Positions 9,402 through 18,626 of a stretch of 64,000 bases of DNA are shown piece by piece (positions within the stretch are counted from its first letter, which is position 1; each line of letters begins with the position of its first letter). The position numbers and the translations under genes were made by a program. The DNA lies in assembly GCA_051859245.1 (NCBI GenBank), contig JBHYGA010000008.1, positions 47,179 through 111,178 of the forward strand, in the 5' to 3' direction. Origin of the DNA: Gemmatimonadaceae bacterium. Lineage in GTDB: Bacteria > Gemmatimonadota > Gemmatimonadetes > Gemmatimonadales > Gemmatimonadaceae. The notes beneath the pieces were generated by a model that was given only the letters and a program-made list of their open reading frames with translations, was not told where the DNA came from and made no database searches.

Positions 9402-9794
9402 TCATGACGCCGTGGCGAGTCGGCGCACCAACCGCTCGATTTCGAGCGACGCGGCGCCGTCGAGATATCCGCCCGCCGCCGCACCAACCGCACGTAAGGC
9501 GCCGGCAGTTGGCATCGCGCCAGCCGTGGTTGCATCGATCACGCGGGCCAACGGCACACGCAGCGCGGCCGGGAGCGCAAGCGACGCCAGCCAGATGCGG
9601 GCCGCCGCCGAACGAGCCTGTCGATCTTCGAGCGGCAATCGGTCGGGCGGCAGCAAGCCACTCGCCAGCCGCGCGACCGCGAGCAGGGCCAGCACCACTT
9701 CGCGCCCGCCGCCAAGCGGCAGCCGGCCGGCCAGTCCGGCCATGGCGGGAAACGGGAACCCGATGGGAGCGAGTGAGTAGGGAGGTTGAAGCAT
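9402..9794 (-). CDS. Hypothetical protein
   Basis: ORF filling the gap, ATG start, host-like codon usage; no recognised motif. Confidence 0.6.
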   Translation of the reverse strand: MLQPPYSLAPIGFPFPAMAGLAGRLPLGGGREVVLALLAVARLASGLLPPDRLPLEDRQARSAAARIWLASLALPAALRVPLARVIDATTAGAMPTAGALRAVGAAAGGYLDGAASLEIERLVRRLATAS

Positions 9795-9855
9795 AGACAC
9801 GAGCGAATCTACATCGCCTCTCATCCGCCCGCGAAACCGGATAGCTTTCACGCAT

Positions 9856-11418
9856 ATGGCATTACCGGTCAAACAGATTCTCTGGGTCGACGACGAAGCC
9901 GAGCTTCTTGAACCCCACAAGCTTTTCCTCGGCGACAAAGGCTACGCCGTGGAGATGGCCACGAACGCGGACGACGCGCTCGAGCTGCTGCGGCGGCGTC
10001 CGTTTGATTTGCTGCTGCTCGACGAGCAGATGCCAGGCACGCGTGGCCTGGCGGCGTATCGTGAGCTGCGAGAGTTTGCGCCATCTCTTCCCGTGGTGAT
10101 GATCACCAAGAGCGAAGAAGACGCCACCATGAAGGAGGCGATCGGCGCGAACGTACGCGACTATCTGGTGAAGCCGGTCACACCACGTCAGGTGCTCGCG
10201 GTTGTCACGCGCATTCTCGAGGGTCCGCTCATTCGCTCGCAGGCGCTGGCCCGCGGATTTGTGGAGCGGTTTCGTGCGATTGAGGCCGAACGTCATTCCG
10301 GACTCGACTGGCGCGGCTGGATTGATCGCTGGGTGGAACTGGCGCAATGGGATGTTGACCTCGCGGACGCCGGCGAAATGGGGCTGCACGAATCGCTGCG
10401 CGGGCTCTATCCCGACATGCACCGCGCGTTTGCGCAGTTCATGAAGACGGAGTATCCGCGATGGTTGCGCGATCTTGAAGGCGAACGTCCACCGCTTTCC
10501 GTAGACGTGGTGCCGGAGTTTGTCGCGCCCGTGCTGCGCAACGATCGGAAGGTGGTGTTCATTGTGATCGACTGCTTGCGTCAGGATCAGTGGAAGGCGA
10601 TTGAGCCGTTGTTCGCGCCGCTCTTTGAGATTGAGACCACGCACTACTACGGCATTCTGCCCACGGCCACACCGTACGCACGCAACTCGCTCTTCAGCGG
10701 ACTGTTTCCTGGCGAAATCGCGGCGAGATACCCCGATTGGTGGGGCGATCGTGACGACGAAACGCTGAACGCGCACGAGAAGGATCTGCTGCAGGCGCAG
10801 TTGAAAGACCTCGGCTTTGATCTGCCCGTTCGCTACAGCAAGATCACATCGCCCGCAGATGCCGACGATCTGCTGCGGCACCTGTCGAGTGCAATTGCCG
10901 GTGACGGCATCTCGGCGTTCGTGTTCAACTTTGTAGACTTGCTCACACACGGACGCAGCGAGTCCATGATTCTGTACGAAGTGGCGCGCGACGAGATGGC
11001 ACTGCGTGCGCTTACGCATCAGTGGGTGCAGCGGTCTGCGCTGTTCGCACTCCTGCAGGATGCTGCGCGTCGCGGCATCAAAGTCGTGATCACCACTGAT
11101 CACGGCGCGCTGCATTGCAACACGCCGGCTACGGTATTCGCCAAGCGCGATGCGACGTCGAACCTTCGTTACAAGTTCGGCGAAGACTTGCGCGCCGAAC
11201 GCGAAGACCAGGCGCTGCTCTTTACGAATCCCGACGATCTGCGACTGCCACACCGCGGGCAGTCCATGAATACGCTGCTGTCAACGGGCGACACGTTTTT
11301 TGTGTACCCCACGAAACTGCGCGAATATCAGCAGCGCTATAAGGGATCGTTTCTGCACGGCGGTGTCACGCCGGAAGAGTGCATTCTTCCGGTGTCGCTG
11401 CTGACGCCCAAACGCTAG
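9856..11418 (+). CDS. PorX-like response regulator (receiver + PglZ/alkaline-phosphatase domain)
   Basis: ILWVDDE..LLDEQMPG..LVKP receiver; VIDCLRQDQW, LPTATPYARN, NFVDLLTH, TTDHG, HGG. Confidence 0.88.
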   Translation: MALPVKQILWVDDEAELLEPHKLFLGDKGYAVEMATNADDALELLRRRPFDLLLLDEQMPGTRGLAAYRELREFAPSLPVVMITKSEEDATMKEAIGANVRDYLVKPVTPRQVLAVVTRILEGPLIRSQALARGFVERFRAIEAERHSGLDWRGWIDRWVELAQWDVDLADAGEMGLHESLRGLYPDMHRAFAQFMKTEYPRWLRDLEGERPPLSVDVVPEFVAPVLRNDRKVVFIVIDCLRQDQWKAIEPLFAPLFEIETTHYYGILPTATPYARNSLFSGLFPGEIAARYPDWWGDRDDETLNAHEKDLLQAQLKDLGFDLPVRYSKITSPADADDLLRHLSSAIAGDGISAFVFNFVDLLTHGRSESMILYEVARDEMALRALTHQWVQRSALFALLQDAARRGIKVVITTDHGALHCNTPATVFAKRDATSNLRYKFGEDLRAEREDQALLFTNPDDLRLPHRGQSMNTLLSTGDTFFVYPTKLREYQQRYKGSFLHGGVTPEECILPVSLLTPKR

Positions 11419-11421
11419 CCC

Positions 11422-13290
11422 ATGGCAACGCATACGTCTGAGATGCGGGCGGTAGCGCCGCTCAAGGTGTATCCGAGACTGTTCGCGTTCCTGCGCCCGC
11501 ACCGTTGGCGCATGGTGCTGGCAGTGGTTACAAACGTAGGAGCGGCGATTCTCGACGTCTTCTCGTTCACGCTGCTCATTCCGTTTCTGAATGCGCTGTT
11601 CAAGTTGCCGCCACTCACCAACTCGCCAGGGTTGGTGAACGACCTCTTGCAGGTCACGGTCGGCTGGTTCCTTGATTCCACCGATCCGCGCGGCTCTCTG
11701 CTCAGCGTCATTCTGTTCATTCTGGCCGTTGTCACGGCCAAGAATGTGCTGGTGTGGTTTAGCGGACAGCTCGGTGCGCAGCTGCAGGAGTACGTGCTGC
11801 GCGATTTGCGGAGTGCGCTGTACAGCCACTTGCAGCGCTTGCCGTTGCCCTGGTTTACGAGTACCAAAGTGGGGCAGGTGATTGCGCGTGTTCTCACCGA
11901 TACGCAGAACACCAAGGCCGTGATCACCGAGTTGATTACACGCTCAATCATGAGCGGCGCACAGGTGATCGTGACGATTGTGGCGCTGCTTTCCATGTCG
12001 TGGGAGCTGACGCTGGTATCGCTGGTGGGCGCGCCGCTCATTACAGCGTCGCTGCTGCCGGTGCTGCGCAAGTTACGAAAGGGGCACCGTCGATTAGGTA
12101 ATCAGCACGGTGAACTCACGAGCATTGTCCAGGAGTCGGTCACCGGCATGCGATTGGTGAAAGCATTCCGCGCCGAACCGTATGAAACGCAGCGCTTTCA
12201 GCAAGCCAACGAGGTGTTCGCCCGCGGCAACGTGAAAGTGGGTCGTCTGGCCATGTTGAGCGCACCGATTACGGAAACGCTCGGTACCGTGGTGGCCGTG
12301 GCCGTGCTGTGGACGGGCGCGCAGCTGGTCATGGTTGAGGAGACGATGGTGGGCTCCGAGCTGGTCGCGTTCCTGATCATGGTGATGCGCATGTTGCAGC
12401 CTCTCAAGCAGCTTGCGCAGGTACCCACCGTGGCGCAGCAGTCGCTGGCCAGCGCGGAGCGAGTGTTTGAAGTGTTCGATGCACCGTCGGAAACCATGAA
12501 CGATCGCGGCACACGCACCATCGCCGAGTTTAAGGAAGGACTGACGTTTGAAGGCGTGCACTTTGCGTACGAGGGCGGCGCCGAGGCATTGCGCGGCGTG
12601 TCATTCCGTGCGCGCAAAGGCGAGGTCGTGGCGCTGGTGGGGCCGAGCGGTGCGGGAAAGTCGACGCTGGTGGACCTGATTCCGCGGTTCGCCGAGCCTT
12701 CGCAAGGTCGCATTGTCCTTGATGGTGTGAACATTGCGGACATCCGGTTGGATGCACTGCGTTCACTCACTGGCATTGTGAGTCAGGACACCGTGCTATT
12801 TAACGACACCGTGCGCAACAACATTGCGTTTGGTGGTCGCACATATACCGATGCGCAGGTGGAAGCGGCCGCACGCGCGGCCAACGCGCACGGATTCATC
12901 ACCGAACTGCCCGACGGTTACAATACGTCTCTAGGCGAACGTGGCGCGCGTTTGTCGGGTGGACAGCGTCAGCGGCTGGCCATCGCGCGGGCGCTGCTGC
13001 TCGACCCGCCGATTCTCATTCTCGACGAAGCCACGAGTGCGCTCGATGTGGAATCGGAGCGACTGGTGCAGGAAGCAATTGATCGGTTGCTGGAGGGCCG
13101 CACGGTGTTTGTGATTGCGCACCGGTTGTCCACCATTCAGCATGCCGACCGCATTCTGGTGTTAGAGCGCGGCGAACTCGTAGAAGAGGGCACGCATCAG
13201 CAGTTGCTTGCCCGCGGTGGTACCTACGCGCGGCTGCACGCAATGCAGTTTGACGGTGGCCGTACGGCCGTGTCGGCTGGCGCCGCGTGA
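11422..13290 (+). CDS. MsbA-like ABC exporter (TMD+NBD)
   Basis: TM domain, GPSGAGKS, LSGGQRQR, ILDEATSALD, IAHRLST. Confidence 0.93.
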   Translation: MATHTSEMRAVAPLKVYPRLFAFLRPHRWRMVLAVVTNVGAAILDVFSFTLLIPFLNALFKLPPLTNSPGLVNDLLQVTVGWFLDSTDPRGSLLSVILFILAVVTAKNVLVWFSGQLGAQLQEYVLRDLRSALYSHLQRLPLPWFTSTKVGQVIARVLTDTQNTKAVITELITRSIMSGAQVIVTIVALLSMSWELTLVSLVGAPLITASLLPVLRKLRKGHRRLGNQHGELTSIVQESVTGMRLVKAFRAEPYETQRFQQANEVFARGNVKVGRLAMLSAPITETLGTVVAVAVLWTGAQLVMVEETMVGSELVAFLIMVMRMLQPLKQLAQVPTVAQQSLASAERVFEVFDAPSETMNDRGTRTIAEFKEGLTFEGVHFAYEGGAEALRGVSFRARKGEVVALVGPSGAGKSTLVDLIPRFAEPSQGRIVLDGVNIADIRLDALRSLTGIVSQDTVLFNDTVRNNIAFGGRTYTDAQVEAAARAANAHGFITELPDGYNTSLGERGARLSGGQRQRLAIARALLLDPPILILDEATSALDVESERLVQEAIDRLLEGRTVFVIAHRLSTIQHADRILVLERGELVEEGTHQQLLARGGTYARLHAMQFDGGRTAVSAGAA

Positions 13291-14375
13291 ATACACCGCG
13301 CGTTCGGTTGCTGCTGGCATCGTCGCGCGCGTGGGATGCGTCAACGCTGCAGCTTGCGCTCTTCGCTCAGGAAGCACGTGTGCGTGATTTGCCAGTGTCG
13401 GCCGTGGTGCCGAATGGTGCGGACGCGTACTGGCGCGACGTGGCACCTGATGTCACGCTGTCAACATTCGACACCGAAGCGCGGGCTCGCGTGATCGCAT
13501 CCACGCTGCGTGCGCGTGCGGAATCGGTGCGCGCGAATGTGGCCGTCACCGACGATGAAGTATTGCGACGGCTGCTTGCCCGCACCGTGGCCGAACACGG
13601 ATGTGTGTTGCAGCGATTGGCGTTTGGCGCAGCGCCCCAGGAGGCCTCACTCGGGTCGCGGCTGTTTTCGCGGCGTGTGCCGAGCGCGTACCTCTTGCCA
13701 ACGTTGCGCGAAAAAATCAGCACCGCACGTGAGCCGGCGAACAACAACACGTGCGAAATCCCGATGGCCGTGAGCCCGCGCGAGGACGTGCTGTTTCAGG
13801 CCGCGCGTGAAACACCGGTGTTGGTGATCGTACCGCACCCGGAGGCGCCCCACGAATCGCTGAGTGCGTTGCGCGCCGCCGCTCAGGTTGCCAAACGGCA
13901 CGCGCAGCTGCGTATTCACTTGCTCGGCGCACCCGAAGCACTGCAACCGCTGCGTGTACACGGTGCCGCGCTGCAAATCGCGTCGCAGTTGACCACAGGA
14001 CCACTCGGTGATGGAAGTAGAATGCTGCCGGTGGGCACATTTGCCGCGTGGGTGATTGCCGAGGGTGACTCGGGCGCTTCCGTGGCGTTGCATGCAATGG
14101 CGCAACGTGTGCCACTGCTGCTGTGGGCGGAGTCTACGCTGATGCCGTTGGTTGAGCATGGTGTGACTGGCTGTGTGCTGGGCGGCGAGGGCGTGCTGGC
14201 CGAATCACTGGCGGCGGCCGAGTTGGCGCGCTTGATCGCGCACGACAATGAGCAGCGCGCGCTTGGTGGTGCGGCGCGACTTCGTGTGCAGCGGTTGCAC
14301 GGGCCTGAGCGACTGTATGACGCGGTGCTCGAGGCGGTAACGCGCGTGCAAAGCGCGGCGCGTCGCGCGGCATGA
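13287..14375 (+). CDS. Glycosyltransferase family 4-like protein (divergent)
   Basis: C-terminal HAMAQRVP..VEHGVTG..LGGAARLRV pattern of GT-B fold. Confidence 0.6.
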   Translation: MNTPRVRLLLASSRAWDASTLQLALFAQEARVRDLPVSAVVPNGADAYWRDVAPDVTLSTFDTEARARVIASTLRARAESVRANVAVTDDEVLRRLLARTVAEHGCVLQRLAFGAAPQEASLGSRLFSRRVPSAYLLPTLREKISTAREPANNNTCEIPMAVSPREDVLFQAARETPVLVIVPHPEAPHESLSALRAAAQVAKRHAQLRIHLLGAPEALQPLRVHGAALQIASQLTTGPLGDGSRMLPVGTFAAWVIAEGDSGASVALHAMAQRVPLLLWAESTLMPLVEHGVTGCVLGGEGVLAESLAAAELARLIAHDNEQRALGGAARLRVQRLHGPERLYDAVLEAVTRVQSAARRAA

Positions 14376-15211
14376 TGGCGGAGCGTTCGCGCGCCTGGCG
14401 GCACTTGCTGCGCGATGCACGCGGGTGGATTGGTGTCAGCGTCGTTGGTTTGCTCGTGCTGCTTGCAATCGCCGCGCCACTCGTGGCCGGAGATCCGCTG
14501 CGCATCAGCCTCAACGATGCACTGCAAGCGCCCTCGGCTGATCACTGGTTCGGCACTGACGTACAGGGGCGCGATGTGTGGTCGCGCCTGGTGTATGGCG
14601 CGCGTGTGTCGTTGCTGGTGGGCATCGTGTCGCAGGGCATCGCGCTGTTGCTTGGCGTCGCGCTTGGGCTGGTGGCCGGATACTACGGTCGGTGGATTGA
14701 TGAAATCGTGATGCGACTCGCCGATGTGACGCTCGCATTTCCGTCGTTGTTGCTACTCATTGCCATGGCCGCCGCATTTTCGCCGTCGCTTACGGTGGTG
14801 TGCGTAACGATCGGTGTAGTGGGCTGGGCTGGCATGGCGCGGTTGGTGCGTGGTCAGGTGCTGGTGGTGCGTGAGCTGGAGTATGTGCAGGCCATGCGCG
14901 CGGTGGGTGCGCGTGACGCGCGCATTCTGGTGCGGCATGTTCTGCCGAACGTTGCGGCGCCGGTGCTGATTGCGGTCACGCTTGGTGTAGCCGGTGCTAT
15001 CATGGCCGAGGCGGCGCTGTCGTTTCTTGGGCTCGGCGTGCAACCGCCAACGCCGAGTTGGGGCGCCATGATTGCCGACGGCCGCGACCTTTCGCAGCTG
15101 CGTGGCGCGCCGTGGACGTCACTTGCGCCTGGTCTCGCCATTGGCGCGGCGGTGCTTGGTTTTAATCTCTTGGGCGACGCGGTGCGCGACGCTACCGATC
15201 CTCGTCGCTAG
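14372..15211 (+). CDS. Oligopeptide/dipeptide ABC permease (OppC/DppC family)
   Basis: HWFGTDVQGRD, EAA loop EYVQAMRAVGA, EAALSFLGLG, PSWG. Confidence 0.93.
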   Translation: MMAERSRAWRHLLRDARGWIGVSVVGLLVLLAIAAPLVAGDPLRISLNDALQAPSADHWFGTDVQGRDVWSRLVYGARVSLLVGIVSQGIALLLGVALGLVAGYYGRWIDEIVMRLADVTLAFPSLLLLIAMAAAFSPSLTVVCVTIGVVGWAGMARLVRGQVLVVRELEYVQAMRAVGARDARILVRHVLPNVAAPVLIAVTLGVAGAIMAEAALSFLGLGVQPPTPSWGAMIADGRDLSQLRGAPWTSLAPGLAIGAAVLGFNLLGDAVRDATDPRR

Positions 15212-15230
15212 ACATCTTTCAGATTTTCAT

Positions 15231-16373
15231 ATGAGCACTGCTCCGCTTCGCGCACACTATCCGTGGATGTCGTCAGACGACGTCATCTATCTGAACGCCG
15301 CCAGCACTGGCCCGCATCCGGCGCGTGCGGTGGAGAAGGGGCGCGAGTGGTTGGAGCTGCGCGCGCAGCCACAGAACATCTCGATCCCGCACATGGTGAA
15401 CGCCGCGCAGCACGCGCGTGAGCACTTTGCAGCGATGATTGGCGCAGAGAGCACCGAGATCGCGCTCATGCCCAATACTACCTACGGTTTGAACGTGGCC
15501 GCACGTGGATTGCCGCTGCGCCCCGGCACGATTCTCACCTTCGACGGCGAGTTTCCGAGCTGCGTGTATCCGTTCATGGCGCTTGGTTCGCGCGGTGTTG
15601 GCCTTGAGCGTGTGCCGTTTGGCGAAGATGGACTGCCAGACGAAAACGAACTGATCACGCGCATCTCACGCGGTGATGTTGTGGCCGTAGTGGTGTCGTG
15701 GGTGCAGTACGCGAGCGGCTTTGTGGTGGATCTCGCGCGGATTGGTGACGCCTGTCGAGCGGCCGGCGCCTTCTTTATTGTGGACGGCATTCAGGGCTGC
15801 GGTGTACGCGAGATTAATGTGCGAGAGCTCGGCGTTGATGTGTTTGCGAGCGGTGCTCAAAAGTGGATGCTGAGTCCGTGGGGAACGGGCTTCGTGTACG
15901 TGCGCCAGGAATTGCACGATGTGCTGCAGGCGCCTGATGTAGGCTGGGCGTGCATGACTGCATCGGCAGACTACGCGCATCTTACCGACTACAAGTACGA
16001 GTTCTGGCCCGACGCGCGCCGGTTTGAAGTGGTGACGCTCGCGTATCACGACTTTGGCGTGGCGAACGAATCACTCGCCGCCATGCGCGAAGCGGGCGGG
16101 CCGGCGGCGCTCGGCGCGCACATTGAAGCGTTGGCGGATCGGCTCGTGGAGTGGGCGCAGTCGCGCAGCGATGTGAAGTTGTGGACGCCGGCTGACCGCT
16201 CGCGTCGTGCGGGTGTAGTTGCGGTTACGCCTGACGATATGTCGGGCGCGCTTGGTCGACTAAAGCGTGCCGGTGTGGTATGTGTGCCGCGCGAGGGCGC
16301 GATTCGGCTCGCGCCCCACGGTTACAACACGATGGAAGAGATTGAGCGGACGATTGCGGCGCTGGAATCCTAG
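15231..16373 (+). CDS. Class V PLP-dependent aminotransferase
   Basis: YLNAASTG, VDGIQG, GAQKWMLSPWG (PLP Lys), IRLAPHGYN. Confidence 0.9.
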   Translation: MSTAPLRAHYPWMSSDDVIYLNAASTGPHPARAVEKGREWLELRAQPQNISIPHMVNAAQHAREHFAAMIGAESTEIALMPNTTYGLNVAARGLPLRPGTILTFDGEFPSCVYPFMALGSRGVGLERVPFGEDGLPDENELITRISRGDVVAVVVSWVQYASGFVVDLARIGDACRAAGAFFIVDGIQGCGVREINVRELGVDVFASGAQKWMLSPWGTGFVYVRQELHDVLQAPDVGWACMTASADYAHLTDYKYEFWPDARRFEVVTLAYHDFGVANESLAAMREAGGPAALGAHIEALADRLVEWAQSRSDVKLWTPADRSRRAGVVAVTPDDMSGALGRLKRAGVVCVPREGAIRLAPHGYNTMEEIERTIAALES

Positions 16374-16404
16374 TTCGCGCCGAAAGGGCTGCGGCGATGA
16401 GAGC

Positions 16405-17223
16405 TTAGCGCCGAGCTCCCGTCCAGATCGCAACAATCCCGCATGATCCACCTCCTGTCAGCGGGATGAGTTCTGCAGGCGCATTCGCTGTACTCGGATA
16501 GATCTCAATTGCGGCTACAGATCCGCCTCCCACCAACTCGTCAACCGTCAACCGCCTGTCGGCCGGCTCGGGCCCCGAGTAGTTGGGTGGTCGACGCTCG
16601 CGCGCCATTTCATCACCTGGTTGAAGCACGTCGTTCATTCGTACACCATCAAGCAGTATGGTCATCGCGCATGAACCTCGACCCGAAAGCGTCGAGCGCG
16701 AACGTTTGCCCTCTCGACGTACCGTGACGTACCGTTTGCCTGCGAGCGCGTAAGAAGTCTGCATGGGTTTACGCTGATCCAGTTCCTCCGGCGTAATGAA
16801 CTCGCCCACGATTGCACCATTCTGCACGCGCTGCATGCGATCGCAAAAGCCATTGCGGGCGAGAGGTGACGCTAGTGGGTTTCCCACCACGCGTACGCCT
16901 TGGATCTCCGTTGCGGTGCGCGAAAGCGTCACTTAATAAACCCCGTTGGTATCGCGATCCACTTTGCCAGAGAACGGCGCGTACCCTATGCGTCGCGCGC
17001 GGATTTGCAGCGTTGCTTGCTCCGTGTTGACGAGCCTCAGAATGCCTAGCGAATCTGTGACGCGACCGGACAAGGAACCGGCGTCCACAAGCGCGTACGG
17101 AACGGCAATGCCGGCCGAGTCTCGTACGTGCACCACAGAATCCTGGCCTGTGACAATCGCGCACGGAGCGGCAAGCGCCGCTAACGCGAGAGTCAGCCGG
17201 AGAGTGCTTATTCGCATCGGCAT
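16405..17223 (-). pseudogene. Secreted carboxypeptidase-regulatory-like + TonB plug-like protein interrupted by in-frame TAA (16933-16935)
   Basis: Two same-frame ORFs join as ..NGVY*VTLSRTATEIQGVRV..; VRDSAGIAVPYA..ARRIGY and C..LLDG..IEIY..CGIVAIWT motifs. Confidence 0.7.
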
Positions 17224-17405
17224 GCGAAAAAGGTACGAAATCGGGGGGGGGCAAGCGAGCTGAGCTTCTAGCCCTGCGCCGCTCTTGGCACGCCTGAGAC
17301 ACGCCTTGCGCTGCGAGAGTTCCAACCGTCGATTGGACATGAGCGAGGACATTCATGGGAGTTCGTCGCAATGTTTTCCCGTGAGAAGACCTTCACACGA
17401 CAACC

Positions 17406-18614
17406 ATGAAGCATTCTCTCAAGGCCGTCGCTTTGGTTTGCGTCGCATTAATCGGCTGCGCCGACAGTTCGCGCGGTGACGATGCTGCGGTAGGAGCGAT
17501 TGCAGCGACGGGTGAAGACGCTCCGTCGCGACCTGTCGAGATGGTCGCAGCCGAAGATGTGTTGAGCGACTCTGTGCCTGATGATCCGTCGCCCAACGCC
17601 ACGGAGAAGATTCTCCTTCAGCCCGCACATTGGCCCGAGGATCTGCGCGAATCCGGTCGACGTCCGACATCGCTACAAATGCGCGTGCGTTGGAGCAACG
17701 TCGGCACGTGGGACGATACCACCTTCCTGCACCCGACACACGCAGAAGTTATGCCGAACTCTGTGATCGTTCAGGACATTGGACGCATGTCCTTGATGGG
17801 ACTGCGACGTGAGGATGGCGAGGTGCTGTGGAGAAAGGGCAGACGCGGAAGCGGGCCGGGCGAGTTGCTGCTTGGTGAAATCTCGAGAGCGACAGATTCT
17901 TCCGTTTTTTACTACGATTCTGGAAACAGGCGCATCACGGAATGGACGAGCGAGGGCGCGCTCCTTGAATCGCGGAATGTCACCATGATGGGATTGCTTC
18001 GCGGGCTCTGTCGTTTATCGAACGGAGAACTGCACGCGTTCACTTTCCCGAGTGGCACGATTCGGGGTCGCGGTCTCGCCCGACTCGTGCCCGATGTCGA
18101 CTCACTGGTGGACTTAATACCGGTAGCACTTGGTCGGCCCGTTCACCGCACTGCGCTGGATGCCCAACTGAAGCTCTATCCGCTTGAAGGCGGCTCGTGC
18201 GCACTGGGCGCTCATGACGAGTCGTGGCTTGCCGTATTTTCCGACGTGGCAACGGTTTCGCCGCTTCCGTTAGTTGAGTTTGTGCCGCCGCCGATTGTCA
18301 TCGACACGAAAGAAGGCAAGGGCACGCGAACATCTTTCGTGCCCGGACAGCCGTTCGGGGTGCAGGCGGTTGCGCAGCTCGGCTCCTATCTCGCGGTCGG
18401 GTTTGGGGGAAAAACGTCAGTGCGGCGGCGCCTCGTTGATTTTTACCATCTGAATCCCTGGCGCTACGAGGGCAGCATCGTGATGCCTGGCACTGTGCGC
18501 GGATTATCCGCCCGCGACTCCACGCTGGTCATCGTATCCGAGGACACCTCCGGCTTTCCCCGGATCGATAACTTCGCGGTCAGTGTGTTTACGAAAGCGT
18601 GCTGCAACCAGTAA
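17406..18614 (+). CDS. Lipoprotein, 6-bladed beta-propeller-like
   Basis: Lipobox LIGC; GRRGSGPGE and YDSGNRRI blade motifs. Confidence 0.7.
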   Translation: MKHSLKAVALVCVALIGCADSSRGDDAAVGAIAATGEDAPSRPVEMVAAEDVLSDSVPDDPSPNATEKILLQPAHWPEDLRESGRRPTSLQMRVRWSNVGTWDDTTFLHPTHAEVMPNSVIVQDIGRMSLMGLRREDGEVLWRKGRRGSGPGELLLGEISRATDSSVFYYDSGNRRITEWTSEGALLESRNVTMMGLLRGLCRLSNGELHAFTFPSGTIRGRGLARLVPDVDSLVDLIPVALGRPVHRTALDAQLKLYPLEGGSCALGAHDESWLAVFSDVATVSPLPLVEFVPPPIVIDTKEGKGTRTSFVPGQPFGVQAVAQLGSYLAVGFGGKTSVRRRLVDFYHLNPWRYEGSIVMPGTVRGLSARDSTLVIVSEDTSGFPRIDNFAVSVFTKACCNQ

Positions 18615-18626
18615 GCGGTAAAGCGC

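Noticed and set aside
16933..16935. Programmed readthrough (Sec/Pyl)
   Set aside because: Stop is TAA, and other genes in the window end with TAA normally
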